From a virus (Duplodnaviria > Caudoviricetes): a DNA stretch of 64,000 bases. Position 1 is the stretch's first letter. Every line of letters begins with the position of its first letter. The DNA lies in the IMG/VR virus record IMGVR_UViG_3300044648_000098, positions 564 to 64,563 of that record; one strand, written 5' to 3'. Position numbers and translations under genes: made by a program. The notes beneath the pieces are model-generated. The model did no database searches, had not been told where the DNA came from, and was given only the letters and a program-made list of their open reading frames with translations. This document shows positions 19,043-27,097 of this stretch, one piece after another.

Positions 19043-19326
19043 CAGGATGCTTTCTTGCTGACGCGCACCTCGCCGCGCAGCTCGTACACCGCAAGCTCAC
19101 CATCCGAGCCGAGCCGGTAGGGCTGCTCGAGCGCGAGCACCACGCCGGCCACCTCGTCAGCCATGGTGCAGTGAGGGACCAGCCGTCCGTCCACGCGCAC
19201 TTCAAGCATGCGGCCCGCCGCCATCCAGTTGGCATAGCCAGGGTCGGCCGGGTCACAGGCGTATCGCTTGAGCCCCAACCGTTCCGCCCTGGCTTCGGCC
19301 TCCAGGGCCCGCATGATCTTGCTCAT
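19042..19326 (-). CDS. Hypothetical protein
   Basis: MSKIMRAL start coupled to portal stop. Confidence 0.55.
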   Translation of the reverse strand: MSKIMRALEAEARAERLGLKRYACDPADPGYANWMAAGRMLEVRVDGRLVPHCTMADEVAGVVLALEQPYRLGSDGELAVYELRGEVRVSKKAS

Positions 19327-20771
19327 TCGGCACCTCCGGCAGCCGGCGGGAAGCCTTCGCCCCCTCCGCCCATGGCGCCCAGCTTCGGCCCCTCCGCCTC
19401 GATGTCGGCCATCTCCTTGTCGGCGTCGACCCCCTGCCGGGCAATCTCGCCCCGTTGCAGGTTGTCGAGCAGCGTCAGGTGGCTGATCGCTCCGGCCTGC
19501 CATGCACCCACCAGCGCGGTGAGTTCCTGGGCGGCCATGCCGGACGGCAGGTAGTCGGTATTCAGCGCCACGCGCGCCTCGGGCGCAACCCCGGCCCACA
19601 TGGCGCAGTAGTTCAGCGCCCGCGTCAGCAGCGCGCTCACGGCGTTGGCAAGGCTGCTCAGCACGCTGTTCTCGCCTGCACGGTGAATGGCCGCCGTCTC
19701 GGCCGCCTCCACCTGGCGCTTGTCGCCGGCCAGCATGCGAGCGCCGAGCGCGGCCATCATCTCTTCCTTCTCGACCAGGCGGGCGGCCAGTTGCTTCAGG
19801 CCCTCGCCCTTGAACTCGAGGAACTCGGCCTTGGCGTCAGGATTGGCGAAGCCCTTCACCACCGTGGAGCCCAGAGCGAACTTCTCCGTGGCCTGGAACT
19901 CGTGCCCGAAGACCAACGGGGTCGGCAGGCCGGTGAAGTGCAGCCCGTGCTCGTAGTCGGCCGTCGTGCGGTAGTGCGACAGGTTCACGTCGGCAAGGTC
20001 CTTGATCGGCGGCTTCGCCACGCCCGGCTCCAGGCCCATCGGGCCGCAGATCTCGAACGGGATGAAGTTCATGGGCTTGCCGCCCATCATCGGGCTGACC
20101 TGGCTCGTGAGAACCCATGCGTCCTGATCGGCGCCCGTGGCGGCCTTTACCTTCTCCCAGGTCTCGACGGTGTAGGTGCCGCCAACGAGGCGCAGCACGC
20201 GCCACACCGGCACCACCTTCGTCTCGAAGCCGTCGACGTCCTCCTCGCGGGCCTCCTTGAGCACCACGAGGCTCAGCTGGTTGCGGTTGTTGATCCGCTC
20301 CACCCGCCAGTTGATGATCGCCTCGGCCTTGTAGATCCGCACGTAGGGGCGCCCGCCCGCGGCCTTTTCCTCGGCCTGGGTGCGAATCCCATCCATGGGC
20401 GGGTAGTCGGCCAGCAGGCCCACGCGCCCGACTTGCAGCACCTCCTCCACCACGCGCTCGGCGAAGGTCAGGAGGGGCGTGCCAGAGGTGTCCACGTCCT
20501 CGAGCAGGTACTCGACCGCCGCCAGCACCTCCACAGCGGGCGGGCGGCGGAAGACGAGGCCGCTCAGGCCGTCCACCGTCCGGCCGGTGGCGCCGTAGAA
20601 CAGCGCCCGGCCCTTGAATGCCTGGTACTCGGCCTCCGTCTGCTCGCTCAGCTTGGGCAGGTAGCGCGCGCCCTTGGCGTGCACGGCATCCTGGCCCTCG
20701 GCCGCGTCGCGGCACTTCTCCCACATGGGAAGCGCTGCAAGGTATTCCGGGTGGCAAGTGTCAACGCCCAT
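19323..20771 (-). CDS. Portal protein (DUF4055-like)
   Basis: YLPKL, LADVNLSHYRTTADYEHGLHFTGLP motifs; after terL. Confidence 0.9.
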   Translation of the reverse strand: MGVDTCHPEYLAALPMWEKCRDAAEGQDAVHAKGARYLPKLSEQTEAEYQAFKGRALFYGATGRTVDGLSGLVFRRPPAVEVLAAVEYLLEDVDTSGTPLLTFAERVVEEVLQVGRVGLLADYPPMDGIRTQAEEKAAGGRPYVRIYKAEAIINWRVERINNRNQLSLVVLKEAREEDVDGFETKVVPVWRVLRLVGGTYTVETWEKVKAATGADQDAWVLTSQVSPMMGGKPMNFIPFEICGPMGLEPGVAKPPIKDLADVNLSHYRTTADYEHGLHFTGLPTPLVFGHEFQATEKFALGSTVVKGFANPDAKAEFLEFKGEGLKQLAARLVEKEEMMAALGARMLAGDKRQVEAAETAAIHRAGENSVLSSLANAVSALLTRALNYCAMWAGVAPEARVALNTDYLPSGMAAQELTALVGAWQAGAISHLTLLDNLQRGEIARQGVDADKEMADIEAEGPKLGAMGGGGEGFPPAAGGAE

Positions 20772-20772
20772 C

Positions 20773-22095
20773 TCAGTGTCCTGTCATTTGCGCCGAGGTC
20801 ATGCCCTGCCTGCTGGGCCACTCGACATCCACGCAATAGCCGATGGCCGTTGTGATGTGCTGGTACTTGTTCGACTGGTCCTCTTGGAACGTCGACCCCT
20901 CTTTGAGCTGCACCGTGGACAGCCCCTTGTCGCACCACCGCGCCGTTACCGGATTCACGAATAGCGAACGTGTCTGGTCAGCCGTGCAGATCTTGGCCCG
21001 CACCGCGTTCTGGCGGTCCTTAATCGCGGGCGCCGCCGGCTTCACCTTTCGGGTGTACGTCCACCCGTTGGCGCGCAGCACGCCCTCGATGTCGGTGTAG
21101 TCCGATGCGTGGCCGTGCTTCTCGCCGGCGCGCCCGGCCGGGTCGCCGTAGATCAGCACATGCCGGTTCTGGTGAGCCTTGAATTTCTCGACGAACTCCA
21201 CCGCCGACTGCTTGGACACCGCGCTGGTCAGCACGATCTCATCCAGCAGCAGAAGGTCGTTCTGGTTTCGCCGCACCCCCACCGCTGAAGACAGCGGCGT
21301 GAAGTTCTGGTCGTGCATCCACAGCAGCTGCTCGTGCGGTTCGATTCGCGCGCTGGTGTGGTTGGCCGTGCCGTAGTCCTCGTAAATCCGCCCCGTGGCG
21401 CCCTCGAAGCCGGCCTCGTACTCCTGGCGGTACTGCTTGGCCGACATCTGCCGCTTGGCCGCCGCGATGGTGGCCGCAGGCAAGATCTCCGCGCTCTTCC
21501 AGTGGTACAGGCCCCACTCTGGGTCGTTCGCCGTCTCGGCGTACTTCGCCATGTCGTAGTAGTGATTCAGGCCATCGGGCACCCCGATGAGCCAGCACCA
21601 CGCGCGGTAGTTCGGCCGCGTCGGGTTGAACGTGTCCAGCGCAGGCCGGATGTTCGCCTCCCAGGCCTCGCCCTTCACGTCGGCGATCTCGTCGATCACG
21701 CCGCCCGTCCACAGCACACCCTCGATCCGCTCCGGCCGGTCCAGGCCGATCAGGTGAATCTCCGTCCCGTTGTTCAGGAAGATGATGAGGTCCGTCTCGG
21801 ACGGTGCCTTGACTTGCAGGCTGGCGAAGCACAGTTGCTTCATGTCCGCCCAATAGATCTTCTTCACCTGGTCGCGCGTCGGCGCCGCGATGAAGTAGCG
21901 CTCGCCCGGGTTCTTCATCGCCTGCTTGGCGACGAACCGCTTGGCCCGCTCCGTCTTGCCCGACCGGCGCCCGGACGGCACCACCGGGAAGCGTACCCCA
22001 TTGCCCACCGCCTCGATCAGCGCACGCTGCACCGGGTGCTCGATGAGCGGGTACCAGCGCGCCGCCTCTCGCTTGGTGATGAGGGAAAGCGCCAT
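20773..22095 (-). CDS. terL: Terminase large subunit
   Basis: Walker A GRRSGKT, Walker B VIDE, YRQEYEA, nuclease-domain YGDPAG. Confidence 0.95.
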   Translation of the reverse strand: MALSLITKREAARWYPLIEHPVQRALIEAVGNGVRFPVVPSGRRSGKTERAKRFVAKQAMKNPGERYFIAAPTRDQVKKIYWADMKQLCFASLQVKAPSETDLIIFLNNGTEIHLIGLDRPERIEGVLWTGGVIDEIADVKGEAWEANIRPALDTFNPTRPNYRAWCWLIGVPDGLNHYYDMAKYAETANDPEWGLYHWKSAEILPAATIAAAKRQMSAKQYRQEYEAGFEGATGRIYEDYGTANHTSARIEPHEQLLWMHDQNFTPLSSAVGVRRNQNDLLLLDEIVLTSAVSKQSAVEFVEKFKAHQNRHVLIYGDPAGRAGEKHGHASDYTDIEGVLRANGWTYTRKVKPAAPAIKDRQNAVRAKICTADQTRSLFVNPVTARWCDKGLSTVQLKEGSTFQEDQSNKYQHITTAIGYCVDVEWPSRQGMTSAQMTGH

Positions 22096-22096
22096 A

Positions 22097-22729
22097 TCAG
22101 TCCGGGAGGTTGGCGGCGATCTCCGCGAGTACGTCAGCCGCCGACACCGAGGTGTTCGCGCCCGCCGTGGTTTCGAGTCCGTACGCCTCGCGCTCCAGAC
22201 CCACCAGCACCTTGATGCTGTCGGCCAGCGCCTTCATCGTCTTGGTCCGCTCCGGCAGGCTGATGACCGCCCGGTACACGTCATTCAGCTTGTCCACGCC
22301 CTTGTCGTTCTCGGAGCGCAGCAGTTCGCCGAGGCCCTCGAGCCCCGGCACGTTCGCCGTCTGCTCTTCCAGCTCAGCCAGCAGCGTCATGCACAGCCGG
22401 CGGGCCCTGGCGATGTCGACGCGGTGGTTGCTGCGCACCTCGGCAATCACCTGGGCGTTCGCCTCGATGATGACCCGCTCGGTCACTGCGGTTGCCGCGG
22501 CAACTGACTTGGCAACTTCACGCTTGGCAACCAGGGCGTCCGCCCTCGCCTGCACCTTCGCTTTCAGGTCGCGTTCCCAGCCTTCTGCCTTGGCGCGCTT
22601 CTGGATCGCGGTATGGGAGATGCCAGCCGTGGCGGCGATCTCTCGCACCGAGAGAACCCCTGCCCTGTAGTCGCGCTCGATGCGCTCCCAATCCGCGGCG
22701 GTGCGCGCTGGCTTCGTGTCCTTGGTCAT
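22097..22729 (-). CDS. terS: Terminase small subunit
   Basis: DWERIERDYRAGVLSVREIA HTH, LEREAYGL; precedes terL. Confidence 0.85.
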   Translation of the reverse strand: MTKDTKPARTAADWERIERDYRAGVLSVREIAATAGISHTAIQKRAKAEGWERDLKAKVQARADALVAKREVAKSVAAATAVTERVIIEANAQVIAEVRSNHRVDIARARRLCMTLLAELEEQTANVPGLEGLGELLRSENDKGVDKLNDVYRAVISLPERTKTMKALADSIKVLVGLEREAYGLETTAGANTSVSAADVLAEIAANLPD

Positions 22730-22912
22730 GGTGTCCCGCCTCCCGCGGTGGGGTTGCTCCCCTTACAGGCTCACGCCTTGCGGCGCAGGGGAGCCGCTGG
22801 AGCGCCCTTGCCCGATCAGCACGAACGGGGCGCGTCTTGTCGTCGTGAGGAATACCCGCCGCTTACCCCCGGCGGGGCCGCTTCGGACTGCGGGGCATGA
22901 GGGGAATCGCTC

Positions 22913-22988
22913 TGGAGCGGCGCGAGGGAATCGAACCCTTCTCTGCTCAGCTTGGAAGGCTGGCGGGTGAGCCCGTCACCTGCACCGC
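22913..22988 (-). tRNA. tRNA-Gly(TCC), non-canonical D arm
   Basis: GCGGTGC/GCGCCGC acceptor stem, CTTCCAA anticodon loop, GGTTCGATTCC T arm, T73 plus encoded CCA. Confidence 0.8.
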
Positions 22989-23098
22989 GTGTTCTTCGGA
23001 TCTCGATGTAGCCTGCGAGCAGCAGGTACGCCACCAGCAGGACTGCGCCCACCAGGGCGTTGAGGACTGCTTCTGCCAGGCTCATCGAGCCCCTTTCG

Positions 23099-23478
23099 TT
23101 TGGTACTGGTTACGCCATCCAGTGGTATTTCACCCGCTGCCGGATTCGCCCATCCCGGGCGGTACGGCCAAATTGTCTGTCGCCGCCACCGCCGTCGAGC
23201 CGAGGGGCGGTGTCACGGGCTGGGCCCTAGAACGGCGACGATGGTGGCCGGGCGCTGATCTCCGGCTTGCGTGGGGATTACCGGGTTATTGCTCCACGCT
23301 ACATAGGACGCCATAGCGATTGCTCGCCGCACCGCTCCATTCGCGCAGTCAGCACCTGCGCATTCACCATCACGGCTGCGGGACGGGCGCACCGGCCGGG
23401 AACTCCCAACCGACCGACCCGCATGCGTGATGGCCCGGGCCTTTCAGCCCAGCTGCCCCTCTACGCTCGGGGTGGCGT
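23099..23478 (-). ncRNA. Cluster of abutting structured RNA elements
   Basis: Consecutive closed stems visible by eye (CATCACG/CGTGATG; GATGGTG/CACCATC; GTCGCCG/CGGCGAC; TTTGG/CCAAA); no convincing ORF on the late strand. Confidence 0.65.
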
Positions 23479-23481
23479 TTC

Positions 23482-23658
23482 CTATCGCGGCTGGGGCTCC
23501 TGCCGCTCGTACCCCGGCTGGATGGCCTCGGCCTCCTCACGGGTGTGGAACTGCATCGTGCCCTTGGTGACAGCGCCTGACTGCCACTCGGTCTGCACCT
23601 CGACCTTGAACAAGCCGAAGCGCTCGTAGACCGGGCTGAGCACCGCGATGATCTTCAT
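23482..23658 (-). CDS. Small hypothetical protein
   Basis: GAGG RBS, MKIIAVLSP start. Confidence 0.55.
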   Translation of the reverse strand: MKIIAVLSPVYERFGLFKVEVQTEWQSGAVTKGTMQFHTREEAEAIQPGYERQEPQPR

Positions 23659-23665
23659 GGCAGCC

Positions 23666-23812
23666 TCAGCGGCGCGGCTGGGCCGGCGCGCCGTTCGCGC
23701 GCTTGGCGTTGTCCAGCGCCTCGACCTCTCGGCCGTGCAGCGCAACGTGCTTCATCGTCATGGAGTCGTACGTGACCCAGACGCCATTGATCCATCGGGC
23801 GAGGTAGCGCAT
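23666..23812 (-). CDS. Small hypothetical protein
   Basis: GGAG RBS, MRYLARWING start. Confidence 0.5.
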   Translation of the reverse strand: MRYLARWINGVWVTYDSMTMKHVALHGREVEALDNAKRANGAPAQPRR

Positions 23813-24051
23813 GGGGCAGAACTCCGAATGGGTGGCCGGCAAAGCCCTTCGACTGCGGACAAGCCGCTTGCGTTGTGCGAGAAGGTGCCGGCCATTGAAC
23901 TGGTGGTCGCCCGTGCCGCGGAGGCACCTATGCCCTGAAGGGCTCAGCGTCTGGCGCTGTTGACCGGTGGGACCGGTGGGCAAATTCCTTCGGCGGAACG
24001 CATCAATACCGAAGGTCGTCTATCACAGACTCCGCGCGAGTCTACTACAGA

Positions 24052-24660
24052 TTACTCGTGGTTCCGAAGTTTTTTCGCCATGTTCGCCTCGGCTGTGGTA
24101 GTGGCTCGCTCCATGAGGGCGAGGATGAGGCGGGCGAAGCCGCGCTCGGCGTCGTCGCGGCCGATCTCGGCGCCACGGTGCCCGGTCCCCTTGCAGCGCT
24201 TGCACAGCACCTTCGGGCCCTCGTGGCCGCGCCCGCCGCCGCCATTGAAGCCGCGGCCGTCGCACGGGCGGCAGTTCGGGTCAAGGTACACCTCAAGGCA
24301 CCTGCCGGCGATCTTCGCCACGTCGTCGGGGCTCGCGTTCAGGCCCTGCGCGGTCGCCTGCTTGGCGGCCAGGTTGCCCACCATCGCCTTGGCGAGGCGC
24401 AGGGAGTTGCCGAGGTGGGACAGGATGAGCACTCGGGCCGTGCCGTCGTCGGCCGCGGCGCGGTGGTGGTCGGCCGCGATGCTGTCGTACTCGGCGCTCA
24501 GGCGGCGCAGGGTCGCGCCCAGGGTGTCCCCGCACCAGCCGGCGGCGATGATGATGTCGACCGCGCCGCTCGTGAGCGTGGACACCTTCAGGTTCGTGGC
24601 GTCGATGGCGGAGGCGTACCGCTCGCCGGTGGTGGGCTTCTCGTCGTAGGTCGTGCTCAT
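24052..24660 (-). CDS. Putative late-gene antiterminator (Q-like)
   Basis: Last gene of early-right operon; CRPCDGRG and CKRCKGTG zinc finger as in lambda Q. Confidence 0.65.
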   Translation of the reverse strand: MSTTYDEKPTTGERYASAIDATNLKVSTLTSGAVDIIIAAGWCGDTLGATLRRLSAEYDSIAADHHRAAADDGTARVLILSHLGNSLRLAKAMVGNLAAKQATAQGLNASPDDVAKIAGRCLEVYLDPNCRPCDGRGFNGGGGRGHEGPKVLCKRCKGTGHRGAEIGRDDAERGFARLILALMERATTTAEANMAKKLRNHE

Positions 24661-24866
24661 TGCGTTGCTCCCTGACGACCGAGCGCGCGGCGGCGCCGTC
24701 CGATGACGTTGGCTTCTGCGGTGGCAAACCGGCCGCACTCGCGCGGGTACATGGCCGGGTATGTCTTGGCCTTGTTCTTCTCGAAGGGGCACAGGCCGCA
24801 CTCGATCTCGCGGAGGTGGCTATCCTTGAGGTTCCAGTGCTTGCAGTCGATGCAGAGGACGCTCAT
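24657..24866 (-). CDS. Small Cys-rich protein
   Basis: CIDCKHW...C...C; coupled ORF. Confidence 0.6.
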   Translation of the reverse strand: MSVLCIDCKHWNLKDSHLREIECGLCPFEKNKAKTYPAMYPRECGRFATAEANVIGRRRRALGRQGATQ

Positions 24867-25047
24867 GCGTCGTCCCCCGAGAAGCCAAGCGCGACGGCGA
24901 GGCCGTCACCGATGTGGATGAGAGCCAAAACGGCCGCCGCGGCCAGGAGGTAGGGCGCCCCGTAGAACGCCCCTGTCAGTGCCAGCCCGAAAGATGCCCA
25001 CTTCGTCATCACGACCCCCGAGGTGCGCGCCGTTGCAGCGCGATACC

Positions 25048-25320
25048 TCAATTCTTCACAGTGGGCGTTTTCAGGTGTTCGGCCGCTGAAACTAACGCAT
25101 CCGTGGCCTGCCGGAGGCGCGCGTTGAAGTAGCGGCGCAGCAGGTACTGGCGCACGAAACTGACCAGCGTGAAGCAAAGCCCGATGCGGATGTCGGCGCT
25201 AAGGGGGATGTGCACCCCTTCCATCGGGAAGATCACGATCTGCGCGCCGAGGGCGACGAAGTAGCCGATGAGGATGTTGACGGAGGCCTCGATGATGGAG
25301 CCCATGCGGGTCTGGCTCAT
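25048..25320 (-). CDS. Small membrane protein (DUF7220-like)
   Basis: SQTRMGSIIEASVNILIGY...RQYLLRRYFN. Confidence 0.7.
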   Translation of the reverse strand: MSQTRMGSIIEASVNILIGYFVALGAQIVIFPMEGVHIPLSADIRIGLCFTLVSFVRQYLLRRYFNARLRQATDALVSAAEHLKTPTVKN

Positions 25321-25940
25321 GCGGCCTCCACCCGGTACTCCACAACGCTGCTCCACTGCATCCATCCGGCGGGGCCACGCATCTCGCTTCCATCGATCCG
25401 CTTGGCCGTCACGAGACGCTCGGGCTCGACAGCTGGACGACCATAGCCACCCCACCTGATCCAGCCGTCGTCATTGGCCGCCGCGTCCTCGGCCGCCTGG
25501 GCGGGCGTGTCGGCGATGGTGTAGTGGTGCGGATTCTTGTCGGCGTAGCGGGCGCGGATCTGAGGCATGAGCGCCTCGAAGGAGGCTCGCAGCTTCGCCA
25601 GCTCGGGCGATCGGCTCGGCGGCCGGTCGTCGATCAGCCCGCCGGAATGCTTGGCCTCGATGAGGATGTTCAGGCAGCACAGCGCGTTCGCCAGGTGGGG
25701 CGTCCCGTCGACCGGGTCGATCTCCTCCCCTTCCCACCACGCATCGACATGGCGGTCGAGCGCTGACCGGTAGATCGACGCCCGGGCTCCAGCCGCCCGG
25801 TAGTTCCAGGCCCCGTACTTCACATTGCCCAGGAAGTGCGCGATCGCCTGGTATGCCTTCACGATTGGCGACACCAGATGCAACGGCAGCTTGTTGGTCG
25901 CGATCGCGTCCTTTGGGTTCGTGTCCTTGGTTTCGCTCAT
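25317..25940 (-). CDS. dATP/dGTP diphosphohydrolase (DUF5664 family)
   Basis: NPKDAIATNKLPLHL, KYGAWNYR, GEEIDPVDGTPHLANALCCL. Confidence 0.85.
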   Translation of the reverse strand: MSETKDTNPKDAIATNKLPLHLVSPIVKAYQAIAHFLGNVKYGAWNYRAAGARASIYRSALDRHVDAWWEGEEIDPVDGTPHLANALCCLNILIEAKHSGGLIDDRPPSRSPELAKLRASFEALMPQIRARYADKNPHHYTIADTPAQAAEDAAANDDGWIRWGGYGRPAVEPERLVTAKRIDGSEMRGPAGWMQWSSVVEYRVEAA

Positions 25941-26398
25941 GGCAGCACCCGGTAGGCGACGATGTCGTATGGAAGTGGAAACGCTCCGGTAGCCCAGGCG
26001 ATCACCTCCGGCTTGTTGAATCTGAAGGCCTCGCCGTTCCGACACCGAACCTCAACTCGCGTCCCGGCCGCCACAGGTTGAATGCCTCCATCGAATTCGA
26101 TCCACTCCCGCTCGGGCGGGGATGGTTCCTGAGCGGCGCACGATTCTGCGGCCGCCTCGATGGCCTCCCGATAGACATTCGTTCCTGCGTTGACCTCGGT
26201 CGTGATGGTCTGCGTCACCGGCGCGCTCACCGCCTTCGCGGCAGGGTGCGCCATGTCGCGTGCGTCGAAGCACTCGCCCTTGAACTCGGTTGCGGGCCGG
26301 CGCATCAGCGCGGGCGGCTTGGCCTTCGCCGCGGCGGGCATGCCGTCGGCGATCATCTGGGCGTTGGGCAGCCAGCCCATGCGGCAGTTGTGGGTCAT
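25937..26398 (-). CDS. Hypothetical protein with WIEFDGG...DIVAYR C-terminal domain
   Basis: Common small phage domain motif. Confidence 0.6.
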   Translation of the reverse strand: MTHNCRMGWLPNAQMIADGMPAAAKAKPPALMRRPATEFKGECFDARDMAHPAAKAVSAPVTQTITTEVNAGTNVYREAIEAAAESCAAQEPSPPEREWIEFDGGIQPVAAGTRVEVRCRNGEAFRFNKPEVIAWATGAFPLPYDIVAYRVLP

Positions 26399-26417
26399 CG
26401 TTTTGTCCTTCCGTGGT

Positions 26418-26708
26418 TCAGGTGGTGAGGGGTTGAGCGGGAGAGGTCCGGCGCGGCAGGCCGGCCCACATCAGCGTTTCGTCGGCGCCTTCCTGGCCGC
26501 GTAGCGGGCGCAGGTTGCGGTCCTCGATGCAGCCGCCGCGGCACTGGACGATGGCGCCGGATTCATCCCGCCCATAGAGTGGCGAGCCGGCCGACAGCAC
26601 AAGCCAGACGCCGGGCGACACGGCCTCCTCCACGTGCACGATGCGGTCGCGGTTCTGTTCGTGCTGGCTCCAGACGATTCGGGCGATGTCGCCCACGACG
26701 CAGTTCAT
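26418..26708 (-). CDS. Hypothetical protein
   Basis: MNCVVGDIARIV...LRPLRG..GADETL motif common in betaproteobacterial phages. Confidence 0.6.
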   Translation of the reverse strand: MNCVVGDIARIVWSQHEQNRDRIVHVEEAVSPGVWLVLSAGSPLYGRDESGAIVQCRGGCIEDRNLRPLRGQEGADETLMWAGLPRRTSPAQPLTT

Positions 26709-27097
26709 ACGGTTGCCTCCGTTCGGGTTGCGGGTTGGTGTGCTTCGTGCACTTCGATTTCGACGAAGAGCGAGCCACCCGGCAGGACGTGGCTTCGCTC
26801 GAAGGTGAACCGGTCGACCTGGCTGTCGTCGTGCCAGACGCCGGCCTTGGTCAGCGCGTCCTCCATCGCCTTCACGAGGTTGGAGAGGTCGCGCCGGCGG
26901 TTGTCGGGGTGGAACACCGTGACGTGGTACGCGATGCGGGCGCGGCCGAAGCCATCGCCTTCCATGTGCCGGGCTACGATGCGCGCCACCTCGGCGTGGT
27001 ACTGGCGGCCCTTGCTGCTCAGCACGCGGCGGCCGTTGACCGTCGCATAGAGGTTGTTCGTCGATGGCGGGTGCGGGAGGGTGAGGGTCAGACGCAT
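26705..27097 (-). CDS. rusA: RusA-family Holliday junction resolvase
   Basis: PPSTNNLY and PDNRRRDLSNLVKAMEDALTKAGVWHDDSQV. Confidence 0.92.
   Translation of the reverse strand: MRLTLTLPHPPSTNNLYATVNGRRVLSSKGRQYHAEVARIVARHMEGDGFGRARIAYHVTVFHPDNRRRDLSNLVKAMEDALTKAGVWHDDSQVDRFTFERSHVLPGGSLFVEIEVHEAHQPATRTEATV

Noticed and set aside
10175-21000. Long plus-strand ORFs antisense to structural genes (e.g. 10175-12121, 15775-17556, 19455-20855)
   Set aside because: Shadow frames expected in high-GC DNA; low-complexity Arg/Gly/Ala composition and no motifs
22850-22900. Canonical twister or theta ribozyme call
   Set aside because: Loop resemblance only; catalytic GA, UAA cleavage site and HDV-like nested pseudoknot could not be placed
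22816-23085. 89-aa ORF running through tRNA-Gly
   Set aside because: The N-terminal hydrophobic ~30 codons have a plausible RBS, but the rest is tRNA and hairpin sequence; cannot support it as a full protein
25317-25940. Z-genome (2-aminoadenine) pathway
   Set aside because: No purZ, datZ or dedicated polymerase seen in the window
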